A DNA stretch of 64,000 bases from an uncultured Actinomycetota bacterium (GTDB taxonomy: Bacteria; Actinomycetota; Actinomycetes; JAHEKZ01), in assembly GCA_963718235.1 (NCBI GenBank), contig CAVQYR010000001.1, positions 768,001 to 832,000 on the forward strand. Reading direction: 5' to 3'. The position numbers and the translations under genes are program-made. The notes under the pieces were generated by a model. The model saw only the letters and a program-made list of their open reading frames with translations, was not told where the DNA came from and did not search any database. Each line of letters opens with the position of its first letter. Position 1 is the first letter of the stretch. Shown in pieces: positions 36,892 to 47,927 of the stretch.

Positions 36892-36941
36892 GGACCAACC
36901 GACGGACCCCATCACCGCCAGCGAAGGTCGGCGTCGCGAGA

Positions 36942-38993
36942 CTATCGGCGGATGACGGCATCCAGGGCCGTGGCCGTGTCGCTCGTCACCACCACGGGGT
37001 TGAGCTCGACCAGCGACAGGTCCTCTGCCAGCAGGATCTCGCCCACGCGGCTCGCCAGCGCGGCCGCCGCGTCCAGGGCCACGGAAGCGCTGCCCCGTCC
37101 CCCGGTCAGCAGCGCGGCACCCTTGAGCGACAGCAGGGCGGCGCGCACCCGCGCCGGGTCGGCGGGCAGCGGGACGACGGCTGCGTCCTGCATCACCTCG
37201 GTCCAGATCCCGCCGAGGGCGACGACGAGGGTGGGCACGACCCCGTCTCGTCGCGCCGCGACGAGCAGCTCGACACCCGGCGACGACATCTGCTCCACCA
37301 GCAGCGCCGCATCGGGCACGAGAGACAGCATGCGCTCGGCCTGGCGGCGCACCTCGTCGGGGGACTCCAGGCCCAGCGCGAGCCCCCCGATGTCGCTCTT
37401 GTGCTGGACGTCGGGATGGCTGAGCTTGGCGACCACGGTCGTTCCTGGGGCGGCGACCAGCCGCTCGGCGATCGCCACGGCCTCGTCCGGTGTGTGGGCC
37501 ACCGCCCCCTCCGGGACCGCCACGCCGTGCCGGGCGAGCAGCTCCTTGCCCGCATGCTCCGACAGCCAGGGGCCGGGTTCTCGACGTGGTCCGGTGGCCG
37601 CCGAGATCGTGCGGAGCCGGCGGGGGTCCCCGGGGGCGCGGTTGGCGGCGGCCAGAGCAGCCAGGGCGGACGGCAGCCCGAGGAGGGGGAGCACGCCCGA
37701 GCCGTCGAGGTCCTCGGCGACCGCCTCGGGCATGAGCTCGGGGAGTCCGGACGCCACTGCGACCGGGACGTCCTGGGCGGCGCCCCGTGCGGCGCCGTCC
37801 CGGGTCTCCTTCCACTCCCGCTCCGCCTCGGCGGGCAGGTCGGGCGGGGTGTCCTGCACGTACAGCAGCTGCGCGACGTCGGGGTCGTCGGTCATCGCCT
37901 GGGCCACCGCGGCCAAGGCGTCGGGGTCGGCCCACAGCGCGTTGGTGTGGTCGAGCGGGTTCGTCACCACGACGCCGTCCGGGAGCAGCCGCTGCAGCCG
38001 ACCCACGGTGGTGGGGGAGAGCTCTGCGAGGCGGACCCCGAGCCGGTCCGCCTCGTCGGCCACGATGACGCTGTCCCCACCCGAGCACGTCATGACGGCG
38101 AGCCCCCCAGGGCGAGACGTCCTGGGCAGGGCCAGGGCCTTGGCCGTTTCGAGCAGCAGGTGCGGGTCGTCGACCACGACGCCACCGGCCTCCTCGACCA
38201 GCGCGGCGAACACCGAGTGGTCGCCGGCGACCGCACCGGTGTGGGCGCCACCGGCCGCCGCCCCGGCCGAGCTGCGACCGGCCTTCAGGACGGCCACCCG
38301 GATGCCTTGGTCGCAACAGGAGGCGAGGGCCTCGGCGAGGACCCGGCCGTCGCCATCGTCCTCGAGGTACAGGGCGACACTGCGCACGCCCTCGAGCCGG
38401 GGCAGTGCCAGCAGGACGTCGGCCGCCGAGACCACGGCCTGGTTGCCGACGGACACGACCGTGTGCCAACGCAGACCTCGCCGCGACGCAAGGGCCGAGA
38501 CCCCGAGGTTGCCGCTCTGGCTGACCAGCGCGACACCACCGGGGCGGCCCACGGAGACCGTGTCGCCCCACAGCGGCGCTCGGTTCGCCACCGACACCAA
38601 CCCGTTCGCGTTGGGCCCGATCACCGGCAGGTCGTGCTGATGGGCTGCGTCGACGAGGGCCTGCTGCCGGTCGTGACGGCCGGTCTCGGCGAACTCCGCG
38701 GCGTAGACGACCGCGCCACCACAGCCGAGGGCGCCGACCTGGTCGAGCACCTGCGGCACGGTGTCCGCGGGGGTGGCCACGACGACGGCGTCGACCGGGC
38801 CGCCCGCGTCGGCGAGCGAGGCCACGCACGGGATCCCGAACACGGAGTCCCTGGTCGGGTTGACCGCGACCAGGCGGCCGTTGAAGCCGGCATCGATCAG
38901 GTTGCGCACCGTGGTGGCGCCGTAGGAGCCGGGTCGCTCGGTTGCACCGACGACGGCGACCGAGCGCGGCGCGAGCAGGCGGGAGAGGTCCAT
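36942..38993 (-). CDS. acetate--CoA ligase (ADP-forming) family acyl-CoA synthetase
   Basis: PRSVAVVGA, GPNANG, SQSG, SVGNQ, AHTGAVAG, NPLD, HKSDIGG ATP-grasp, ELNP. Confidence 0.92.
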   Translation of the reverse strand: MDLSRLLAPRSVAVVGATERPGSYGATTVRNLIDAGFNGRLVAVNPTRDSVFGIPCVASLADAGGPVDAVVVATPADTVPQVLDQVGALGCGGAVVYAAEFAETGRHDRQQALVDAAHQHDLPVIGPNANGLVSVANRAPLWGDTVSVGRPGGVALVSQSGNLGVSALASRRGLRWHTVVSVGNQAVVSAADVLLALPRLEGVRSVALYLEDDGDGRVLAEALASCCDQGIRVAVLKAGRSSAGAAAGGAHTGAVAGDHSVFAALVEEAGGVVVDDPHLLLETAKALALPRTSRPGGLAVMTCSGGDSVIVADEADRLGVRLAELSPTTVGRLQRLLPDGVVVTNPLDHTNALWADPDALAAVAQAMTDDPDVAQLLYVQDTPPDLPAEAEREWKETRDGAARGAAQDVPVAVASGLPELMPEAVAEDLDGSGVLPLLGLPSALAALAAANRAPGDPRRLRTISAATGPRREPGPWLSEHAGKELLARHGVAVPEGAVAHTPDEAVAIAERLVAAPGTTVVAKLSHPDVQHKSDIGGLALGLESPDEVRRQAERMLSLVPDAALLVEQMSSPGVELLVAARRDGVVPTLVVALGGIWTEVMQDAAVVPLPADPARVRAALLSLKGAALLTGGRGSASVALDAAAALASRVGEILLAEDLSLVELNPVVVTSDTATALDAVIRR

Positions 38994-39008
38994 GGGCTGA
39001 CGGTCAGG

Positions 39009-40187
39009 TCACAGCAGCATCGCGTCGACGCCGCGGCGCTCGAGGCTGCGGGCCACGATCAGCCGCTGGATCTCGCTGGTGCCCTCCCAGATCCGGTCGA
39101 CCCGTAGCTCACGCCAGAACCGCTCCGCGGCGTTGGTGCGCAGGTAGCCCCGGCCGCCGAAGACCTGGACGGCCCGGTCGGCACAGCGGTTGGCCGCCTC
39201 CGAGCAGAAGAGCTTGGCCATCGAGGCACGACCGTGCACGAGCTTGGGGTCGGCTCCCGCGTCCTTCATCGCCGCGACGTCGAGGGCCAGCAGCCGACCC
39301 GCCGCCGCGTCGGCTGCGGAGTCGGCGAGCGGGAACGACACGCCTTGGTGGTCGATCAGCCGGGAGCCACCCTGCTCGCGGTGCACCGCCCAGTCGACGG
39401 ACTCCTCGAGGAGCCGGTGCATGGCGCCGATGCAGCGGGCCGCGATACCGAGCCTCTCCTCGGTGAACCAGATGCGCTGCAGGTCGTCACCCTGGCCGAC
39501 CTCGCCGATGACGTCGTCGGCAGAGACCACGACGTCGGTGAACAGCATCGTCGGGTGCCCGTGCGGGTAGTGGTGGGTGAACGGCGGGTCGTCGACGATG
39601 CTGATGCCCTCGGAGTCGGCCGGGACGGCGAACAAGGTGGGCCGCCGCTCCTCGCCCTCGACGACGTAGGCCATGACGATGAGCACCGCTGCGACCGAGC
39701 CGTACGTCACGAACCACTTCTCGCCGTTGATCACGTAGTGGCCGTCGGCACGGCGCACCGCAGTCGTCCGCATCGCTGACGGGTCGGAGCCGGCATCGGC
39801 CTCCGTGACGGCGTAGGCGTCGTGCAGCTCGCCGCGCAGCGCGGGGCGCAGCCACCGGTCCTGCAGGGCAGGAGAAGCCACCTTCCACACGTTGTAGGCG
39901 GTGGGCATGTACCAGCTGACGCCGTTGGTCGAGCGCCCGAACTGCTCCTCGGCCAGGTACCACTCCGACGTGGTCCAGCCCTGGCCCCCGAACTCCGGGT
40001 CGTACATGCCGCCGGCGACCCCGAGCTCGAGCGACCTCGCCCGGATGTGAGCGACGTCGTCGTCGGGCAGCGGGCCTCCGGCCAGCTCGGCCTTCACCTC
40101 CAGCGGGATCAGCACCTCGTCGACGAACTGCCGCACGCGGGCCTGGACGTCGGCCTCGGCGGGGGTCAGGCTGCGGTCGAGTGTCAT
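39009..40187 (-). CDS. acyl-CoA dehydrogenase
   Basis: AVTEADAGSD, INGEKWFVT, REQGG, SMAK, GGRGY, RIWEGTSEIQ. Confidence 0.95.
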   Translation of the reverse strand: MTLDRSLTPAEADVQARVRQFVDEVLIPLEVKAELAGGPLPDDDVAHIRARSLELGVAGGMYDPEFGGQGWTTSEWYLAEEQFGRSTNGVSWYMPTAYNVWKVASPALQDRWLRPALRGELHDAYAVTEADAGSDPSAMRTTAVRRADGHYVINGEKWFVTYGSVAAVLIVMAYVVEGEERRPTLFAVPADSEGISIVDDPPFTHHYPHGHPTMLFTDVVVSADDVIGEVGQGDDLQRIWFTEERLGIAARCIGAMHRLLEESVDWAVHREQGGSRLIDHQGVSFPLADSAADAAAGRLLALDVAAMKDAGADPKLVHGRASMAKLFCSEAANRCADRAVQVFGGRGYLRTNAAERFWRELRVDRIWEGTSEIQRLIVARSLERRGVDAMLL

Positions 40188-40215
40188 GGCTTCCCTCCTC
40201 GGGGGGCAGGGCGTA

Positions 40216-40235
40216 TCCTGACCGACGGTTCAGGA
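40216..40235. promoter_or_regulatory. putative TetR/BetI-like operator CTGA-N8-TCAG, copy 3
   Basis: TCCTGA-CCGACGGT-TCAGGA in the 88-bp gap between the divergent ACAD and aminotransferase genes. Confidence 0.6.
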
Positions 40236-40275
40236 CCGGGTCAACCGCGGCCCCGTCGACTGCGAAAGGACCACC

Positions 40276-41694
40276 ATGTCCGCCACGACGTCCTCGACGC
40301 CGGACCCGCACCGCCTCCAGCAGCAGGTGCGTGACCACCTGATGCTCAACTTCACCGACATGAACGTCTACAGGGACGCCGAGATCCCGATCTTCGTCCG
40401 TGGTGAGGGCTGCGAGGTCATCGACAGCTACGGCAAGCGCTACATCGACGGGCTGTCCGGCCTGTACTGCAGCAACCTCGGCCACAGCTACGGGGCCGAG
40501 ATCGGCGAGGCGGCCAAGCAGCAGATGACCGAGCTGGGTTTCACGCCCACCTGGTACGTCGCGCACCCCAAGGCGGCGGAGTTCGCCGAGCGGATCGCCG
40601 AGCACGCACCGGCGGGCATGAACCGGGTGTTCTTCACGACAGGCGGCGGCGAGGGCAACGAGGCGATCTGGAAGTTCGCGCGTCAGTGGCACGAGGCGAA
40701 CGGTCAGCCGCAGCGACGCAAGGCGATCGCGCGCAACCTCTCCTACCACGGCACCAGCCTCGGCGCGTTGTCGTTCACCGGCCTGCCCTACGCCAAGGAC
40801 CCGTTCCTGCCGATGGCGATCCCGGTTTCCCACGTCAGCGCGACCAACCCGTACCGCCACCCCGCAGCACCGGACGGCCCCGAGGCGTTCACCGCGAGCC
40901 TGTTGGCCGAGGTCGAGCAGGCGGTCCAGGACGCCGGACCCGACGAGGTGGCGCTGTTCATCGCCGAGCCGGTGCAGAACTCCGGCGGCTGCTTCGTGCC
41001 ACCGCCGGGCTACTGGCAGGGACTGCGCGAGATCTGCGACCGGCACGGCATCCTGCTCGTGGCCGACGAGGTCATCACCGGCTTCGGGCGGGTCGGCGAC
41101 TGGTTCGCCAGCAACCGCCTGGGCATCGAGCCCGACCTGATCACCTTTGCCAAGGGCGCCACCTCCGCGCTGACCCCGCTGGGTGGTGTCGTGATCAGTG
41201 ACAAGGTGGCCGAGCCATTCGTGACCGGTGAGGCCGTGTACACCCACGGCCTGACCTTCAGCGGACACCCGGTGTCCTCGGCGGTCGGACTGGCGGTGCT
41301 CGACATCTACGAGCGTGACCAGGTGTTCGAGAACGTGCGGTCCAACGAGCCGATGATCGACCGCAAGCTCAACGAGCTTCGCCGGATCCCCCTGGTCGGC
41401 GACGTCCGCGGCATGGGCCACTTCTGGGCCCTGGAGCTGGTCAAGGACCGCGACACCAAGGAGACCTTCTCCGGCGACGAGGCCGACTGGCTGCTGCGTC
41501 AGGTGCTGTCGGAGAAGATGTTCGAGGCCGGGCTGCTGTGCCGCCTGGACGACCGCGGTGACCCGGTGGTCCAGCTGTCACCGCCGCTGGTCGCCGACGA
41601 GGCCGTCATAGACCGGATCGTCGGCATCGTCGGCGACGTCCTGGAGGACGCGCAGACGGTCATCGACCGAGGGATCCACGCGGCGGCCAGCTAG
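40276..41694 (+). CDS. class III PLP aminotransferase (omega-amine/putrescine-type)
   Basis: YIDGLSGL, SYHG, EPVQ.SGG, DEVITGFGR, FAKG, HG.TFSGHP. Confidence 0.94.
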   Translation: MSATTSSTPDPHRLQQQVRDHLMLNFTDMNVYRDAEIPIFVRGEGCEVIDSYGKRYIDGLSGLYCSNLGHSYGAEIGEAAKQQMTELGFTPTWYVAHPKAAEFAERIAEHAPAGMNRVFFTTGGGEGNEAIWKFARQWHEANGQPQRRKAIARNLSYHGTSLGALSFTGLPYAKDPFLPMAIPVSHVSATNPYRHPAAPDGPEAFTASLLAEVEQAVQDAGPDEVALFIAEPVQNSGGCFVPPPGYWQGLREICDRHGILLVADEVITGFGRVGDWFASNRLGIEPDLITFAKGATSALTPLGGVVISDKVAEPFVTGEAVYTHGLTFSGHPVSSAVGLAVLDIYERDQVFENVRSNEPMIDRKLNELRRIPLVGDVRGMGHFWALELVKDRDTKETFSGDEADWLLRQVLSEKMFEAGLLCRLDDRGDPVVQLSPPLVADEAVIDRIVGIVGDVLEDAQTVIDRGIHAAAS

Positions 41695-41715
41695 CGTCGT
41701 TCGTACGGCGAGCCG

Positions 41716-42546
41716 ATGGACGACTCCACCGCCACCCAGATCAGGGAGCACTTCGACGCGCTGGCCGACGACGAGTGGCACCGCCTCGAGCGGGACCCCG
41801 CCTCACGGGTGAGCCTGGAGCTCCACCGGCGGTTCCTGGCCCGGTTCGTGCGACCGGGGGACCGGGTGCTCGAGATCGGCGCCGGACCAGGACGGTTCAC
41901 CTGCGAGCTGGCAGTGCTCGGGGCCCGCGTCGTGGTCACCGACGTGTCCCCGGTGCAGCTGGCGCTCAACGAGCGGTACGTCGAGGCAGCAGGAGCGTCC
42001 GAGGCAGTCGAGGACCGACTCGTGCTCGACGTCCGCGACACCGGCGAGCTCGAGGATGGGTCGTTCGACCTCGTCACCGCGTACGGGGGGCCGTTGTCCT
42101 ACGTCTTCGACGAGGCGGAGGCGGCCCTGGCCGGGCTTTTCCGGCTGGTCGTCCCGGGCCGGGAGGTCGTCGGGTCGGTGATGTCGACCCTCGGGGCCTG
42201 GCGGGCCCTGCTCGACGCCGTCGAGACCGAGGGGGAGCGGCTGGGCCACGACGCCATGGACGCCGTGCTGCGCACCGGTGACCTGCGGCCGACCCAGCCG
42301 GAGGGGCATGTCTGCCAGATGTACCGGTGGTCCGAGCTCACCGCGCTGGTCGGGCGCGCCGGTGGCGCTGTCGTCGCGGCCAGCGCGAGCAACTGGGCCT
42401 CACTCGGACATCCCGAGGTCGTGGAGCGGATCGCTGCCGATCCCTCGCGTTGGCAGCTGTTCGTGGACCAGGAGCAGCTCGCCTGTGCCGAGCCGGGAGC
42501 CCTGGACGGCGGCACGCACCTGCTGTTCGCCGCGGTCCAGGGCTGA
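41716..42546 (+). CDS. class I SAM-dependent methyltransferase
   Basis: EW.RL, VLEIGAGPGRF, DVS, FDLV..YGGPLSY. Confidence 0.88.
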   Translation: MDDSTATQIREHFDALADDEWHRLERDPASRVSLELHRRFLARFVRPGDRVLEIGAGPGRFTCELAVLGARVVVTDVSPVQLALNERYVEAAGASEAVEDRLVLDVRDTGELEDGSFDLVTAYGGPLSYVFDEAEAALAGLFRLVVPGREVVGSVMSTLGAWRALLDAVETEGERLGHDAMDAVLRTGDLRPTQPEGHVCQMYRWSELTALVGRAGGAVVAASASNWASLGHPEVVERIAADPSRWQLFVDQEQLACAEPGALDGGTHLLFAAVQG

Positions 42547-42551
42547 CCCGG

Positions 42552-43709
42552 TCAGGCGTTGGCGTCGGAGTCGAGGGTGAGGGTCGTCGTCGCCGTCTGG
42601 CCGTCGCGGACGTAGGTCAGCTCGACCTGGTCACCGGGCTGCCCCGAGCGGACCGCGGCGATCAGCGACTCGGCCGAGTCGACGGACTGGCGGCCGTAGC
42701 CGGTGATCACGTCGCCGCCACGCAGTCCGGCCTGCGCGGCCGCCGACCCGGAGGTGACCTCACCGAGCTCGGCGCCGACGACGTCGCCGGTCGCGTCACC
42801 CACGGTGACCCCGAGTCGTCCGTGCTCGGCGGTCCCGTCGGCCACGAGCTGCGCAGCGATGTCCTTGGCCTGGTCGATCGGGATCGCGAAGCCGAGCCCG
42901 ATCGACCCGGACTGGCCACCGGCCGACGCCCCGAGGCTGGCGATGGCCGAGTTGATCCCGACGACCTCGCCCTTGAGGTTCACCAGTGCACCGCCGGAGT
43001 TCCCGGGGTTGATCGCGGCGTCGGTCTGGATGGCGTTGAGAACGGCTCCGTCGCCCCCTGCTGCAGACTCCGCACCGGTCACGACGGGGCGGTCCTTGGC
43101 GCTGACGATGCCGGTGGTCACGGTGCCGGAGAGGCCGAGCGGCGAGCCGATCGCGACGACGGTCTCGCCGACCTGGAGGTCGTCGGACGAGCCGAGGGCG
43201 GCGGCGGTCAGGCCACTGACCCCGTCGGCCTGGATCACCGCAAGGTCCGTGGCCGGGTCGCGGCCGACGATCGTCGCGGAGGCCTGCGTGCCGTCGCGGA
43301 AAGTGACGGTCAGCGTGCCGCCGTCGGCCGCGCCCTCGACCACGTGGTTGTTCGTGAGGATGCGACCGTCGGAGGTCACGATGACCCCGGAGCCTTCACC
43401 GCTGCCTGCGGCGCCGCTGAACTGGATCGACACGACGCTGGGCAGCACGGTGCGGGCCACCGCAGCGACCGACCCGGTCGGCAGTACCACGTTGGTGGTC
43501 GAGGACCTCGTCGTCCCTGTGGTCGACGTGGGCGAGGTGCCGTCAGCGACGGCCACCGCCGCGGCGCCGGCCACTCCGCCGAGCAGGCCGGCGAGCACTG
43601 CGGTGGTCGCCACGAGGGCCACCGGCCGTCGGCTGCGCGCGGGCGGGGCCGGCTCAGGCGCTTCGGGAAGGGGGGTGGTGGGGTACGTGAGGGGGGTGTA
43701 TTCGCTCAT
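42552..43709 (-). CDS. HtrA/PepD-like S1C serine protease with PDZ domain
   Basis: N-terminal transmembrane helix, TNNHV, DLAV, GNSGG, PDZ tail. Confidence 0.95.
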   Translation of the reverse strand: MSEYTPLTYPTTPLPEAPEPAPPARSRRPVALVATTAVLAGLLGGVAGAAAVAVADGTSPTSTTGTTRSSTTNVVLPTGSVAAVARTVLPSVVSIQFSGAAGSGEGSGVIVTSDGRILTNNHVVEGAADGGTLTVTFRDGTQASATIVGRDPATDLAVIQADGVSGLTAAALGSSDDLQVGETVVAIGSPLGLSGTVTTGIVSAKDRPVVTGAESAAGGDGAVLNAIQTDAAINPGNSGGALVNLKGEVVGINSAIASLGASAGGQSGSIGLGFAIPIDQAKDIAAQLVADGTAEHGRLGVTVGDATGDVVGAELGEVTSGSAAAQAGLRGGDVITGYGRQSVDSAESLIAAVRSGQPGDQVELTYVRDGQTATTTLTLDSDANA

Positions 43710-43743
43710 GGCCCCGACTGTGCCGTGCCGTGCTCTGCGGACC

Positions 43744-43771
43744 CTGGGTCCAGCCTGTGAACCGTCTGTGA
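43744..43771 (-). promoter_or_regulatory. OmpR-family (MprA-like) direct-repeat box upstream of the HtrA gene
   Basis: Minus strand TCACAG-N5-TCACAG-N5-ACCCAG, 11-bp period. Confidence 0.55.
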
Positions 43772-43795
43772 GAGGGGGCTCACTACCCTGAAGCC

Positions 43796-45382
<1,587 letters not shown>

Positions 45383-45401
45383 TCCAGATACCCTCGCCTC
45401 C

Positions 45402-46613
45402 GTGACCCCGCCGCCTCCGCAGTCCGTACTCGACGGGGTGGCCCACGACCTCGACCGCTGGCTGGCCGAGCTGGCCGAGGAGCTCGTGCTGTTCCGGAGG
45501 GACGTGCACGCCCACCCCGAGACGGGGCGGGCGGAGATCCGGACCACCGCCAAGGTCGCGCACCGGCTGACCCGGGCCGGGCTCACGCCGCGGGTGCTGC
45601 CCGGTGGAACGGGACTGGTCTGCGACATCGGGACCGACGGCCCGATCGTCGCTCTGCGGGCCGACCTGGACGCCCTTCCCGTCGACGACGAGAAGACCGA
45701 CGCCGAGTACCGGTCGACCGTCGCCGGGGTGTGCCACGCCTGCGGCCACGACGTCCACACGGCCATCGTGCTCGGGGTCGGGCTCGTCCTGGCCCGGCTG
45801 GCCGAGCAGGGGCGCGTCCCCGGCCGGGTCAGGCTGATCTTCCAGCCGGCGGAGGAGGCGACCCCGGGCGGAGCGCTGGACGTCATCGCGGCCGGCGGCC
45901 TCGACGGCGTCAGCGCGATCTACTGCCTGCACTGCGACCCGCGGCAGGACGTCGGCCACGTCGGTCTGCGAACGGGCCCGATCACCGGCTCGAGCGACCA
46001 TGTCCGGGTGCAGCTGTCCAGCGTGGGCGGTCACACGGCACGACCCCACCTCACCGGCGACCTGGTCTACGCGCTGGCCAAGGTGGTCACCGACGTGCCT
46101 TCGGTGCTGAGTCGACGGGTGGACCCCCGGGCCGGCCTGTCGGTGGTCTGGGGCCGGATCGCCTCCGGAGGGGCGGCCAACGTGATTCCCCAGCAGGGTG
46201 AGGCCGAGGGCACGGTGCGCTCCCTCGATTCCGCAGTGTGGGAGCACGCGCCTGAGGCCGTCGCCGAGGCCGTCACCGGGGTGGCGGCTCCGTACGGGGT
46301 GCGCGTCCATGTCGACTACACCCGTGGCGTGCCCCCGGTCATCAACGATGCGCACGCCGTGGAGACGATGACCGAGGCGGCACGAAGCCTGCTCGGACCC
46401 GGTCGGGTCGCCGAGGTCGAGCAGAGTCTCGGCGGCGAGGACTTCGCGTGGTACCTGGAGAAGGTGCCTGGCGCACTGGCCCGGCTGGGTGTGCGGACGC
46501 CCGGCGACGAGACCGTGCGCGACCTGCACCAGGGCACGTTCGACGCCGACGAGCGGTCGATCCCGGTGGGCATCCGGTTGCTCGTCGGCACCGCCCTGCT
46601 GGCCCTGTCGTAG
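45402..46613 (+). CDS. M20D family amidohydrolase
   Basis: HAHPE, RADLDALP, HACGHD, QPAEE, GGEDF. Confidence 0.93.
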   Translation: MTPPPPQSVLDGVAHDLDRWLAELAEELVLFRRDVHAHPETGRAEIRTTAKVAHRLTRAGLTPRVLPGGTGLVCDIGTDGPIVALRADLDALPVDDEKTDAEYRSTVAGVCHACGHDVHTAIVLGVGLVLARLAEQGRVPGRVRLIFQPAEEATPGGALDVIAAGGLDGVSAIYCLHCDPRQDVGHVGLRTGPITGSSDHVRVQLSSVGGHTARPHLTGDLVYALAKVVTDVPSVLSRRVDPRAGLSVVWGRIASGGAANVIPQQGEAEGTVRSLDSAVWEHAPEAVAEAVTGVAAPYGVRVHVDYTRGVPPVINDAHAVETMTEAARSLLGPGRVAEVEQSLGGEDFAWYLEKVPGALARLGVRTPGDETVRDLHQGTFDADERSIPVGIRLLVGTALLALS

Positions 46614-46628
46614 CCGGTCGCGGCCGCC

Positions 46629-47927
46629 ATGCGGTACCCGGTGAACGAGCCCTTCGCCGCCGTCGACGTGATCGTCGCCAAGCGCGACCACCGGGCCCTC
46701 AGCGATGCCCAGATCGACTGGGTGGTCGACGCGTACACGCGCGGACACGTCACCGACGAGCAGATGAGTGCTCTGGCCATGGCGATCCTGCTGAACGGCA
46801 TGAACCGTGGCGAGACGGCCCGGTGGACCCGCGCGATGGTCGCGACCGGTGAACGGCTGTCGTGGTCGACGCTGGACCGCCCGACGACGGACAAGCACTC
46901 GACCGGCGGGGTCGGTGACAAGATCACGCTGCCGCTGGCACCTCTGGTGGCCGCCTGCGGCGCTGCCGTTCCCCAGCTGGCCGGGCGGGGGCTCGGCCAC
47001 ACCGGGGGGACGATCGACAAGCTGGAGTCGATCCCGGGTTGGCGGGCCTCACTCGACAGTGCCGAGATGCTCGAGGTGCTGCGTTCGACCGGCGCTGTGA
47101 TCTGCGCCGCCGGCCCCGGTCAGGCTCCAGCCGACCGCAAGCTGTACGCGCTCCGCGATGTGACCGGGACGGTCGAGTCGATCCCGCTGATCGCCAGCTC
47201 GATCATGAGCAAGAAGATCGCGGAGGGAACGAGAGCGCTGGTCCTCGACGTGAAGGTCGGTTCCGGTGCCTTCATGAAGGACGCGGAGGACGCTCGCGAG
47301 CTCGCCCGCACCATGGTCGAGCTCGGTACCGACGCCGGCGTGCGCACGGTGGCCCTGCTCACCGCGATGGACACCCCGCTCGGGCTCACGGTGGGGAACG
47401 CGCTCGAGGTCCGAGAGTCGGTCGAAGTGCTCGCCGGTGGCGGGCCGGCCGACGTCGTCGAGCTCACCGTCACGTTGGCACGGGAGATGCTCGAGGCGGC
47501 CGGGCTCGCACACGGCCCCGATCCCGCCGACGTGTTGCGGAACGGGCAGGCGATGGACACGTGGAACACGATGATCTCGGCCCAGGGCGGTGACCCTGCC
47601 GCACCCCTCCCTCGGGCCCGGCACCAGCACGAGGTCATGGCCCAGTCGACGGGGAGGCTCACCCGGCTGGATTCCCTGGACGTCGGGGTCGCAGCCTGGC
47701 GGCTGGGTGCCGGTCGTACGCACAAGGAGGACGCGGTGTCGTTCGGTGCCGGGATCGAGCTGCACGCCAAACCTGGTGACGCCGTCGTGGTCGGGCAGCG
47801 CCTGATGACCCTGCACAGCGACGAGGTCGACCGCTTCGACCGGGCGCTCGAGTCGTTGGCGACCGCGGTCTTCGTCGATGGGCCTTCGTCCGCGCTCCCG
47901 CTGCTCATCGAGCGGGTGGTCGCGTGA
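46629..47927 (+). CDS. deoA: thymidine (pyrimidine-nucleoside) phosphorylase
   Basis: DKHSTGGVGDK, GRGLGHTGGT, YALRDVT, SIMSKK. Confidence 0.96.
   Translation: MRYPVNEPFAAVDVIVAKRDHRALSDAQIDWVVDAYTRGHVTDEQMSALAMAILLNGMNRGETARWTRAMVATGERLSWSTLDRPTTDKHSTGGVGDKITLPLAPLVAACGAAVPQLAGRGLGHTGGTIDKLESIPGWRASLDSAEMLEVLRSTGAVICAAGPGQAPADRKLYALRDVTGTVESIPLIASSIMSKKIAEGTRALVLDVKVGSGAFMKDAEDARELARTMVELGTDAGVRTVALLTAMDTPLGLTVGNALEVRESVEVLAGGGPADVVELTVTLAREMLEAAGLAHGPDPADVLRNGQAMDTWNTMISAQGGDPAAPLPRARHQHEVMAQSTGRLTRLDSLDVGVAAWRLGAGRTHKEDAVSFGAGIELHAKPGDAVVVGQRLMTLHSDEVDRFDRALESLATAVFVDGPSSALPLLIERVVA

Noticed and set aside
30849-36941. Cassette as a mobile element with att sites or target duplications
   Set aside because: No integrase or transposase, and no flanking direct or inverted repeats found by eye.
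42543-42555. CTGACCCGGTCAG as a fourth operator copy
   Set aside because: Spacer is 5 rather than 8, and the arms are simply the TGA stops of two convergent genes.
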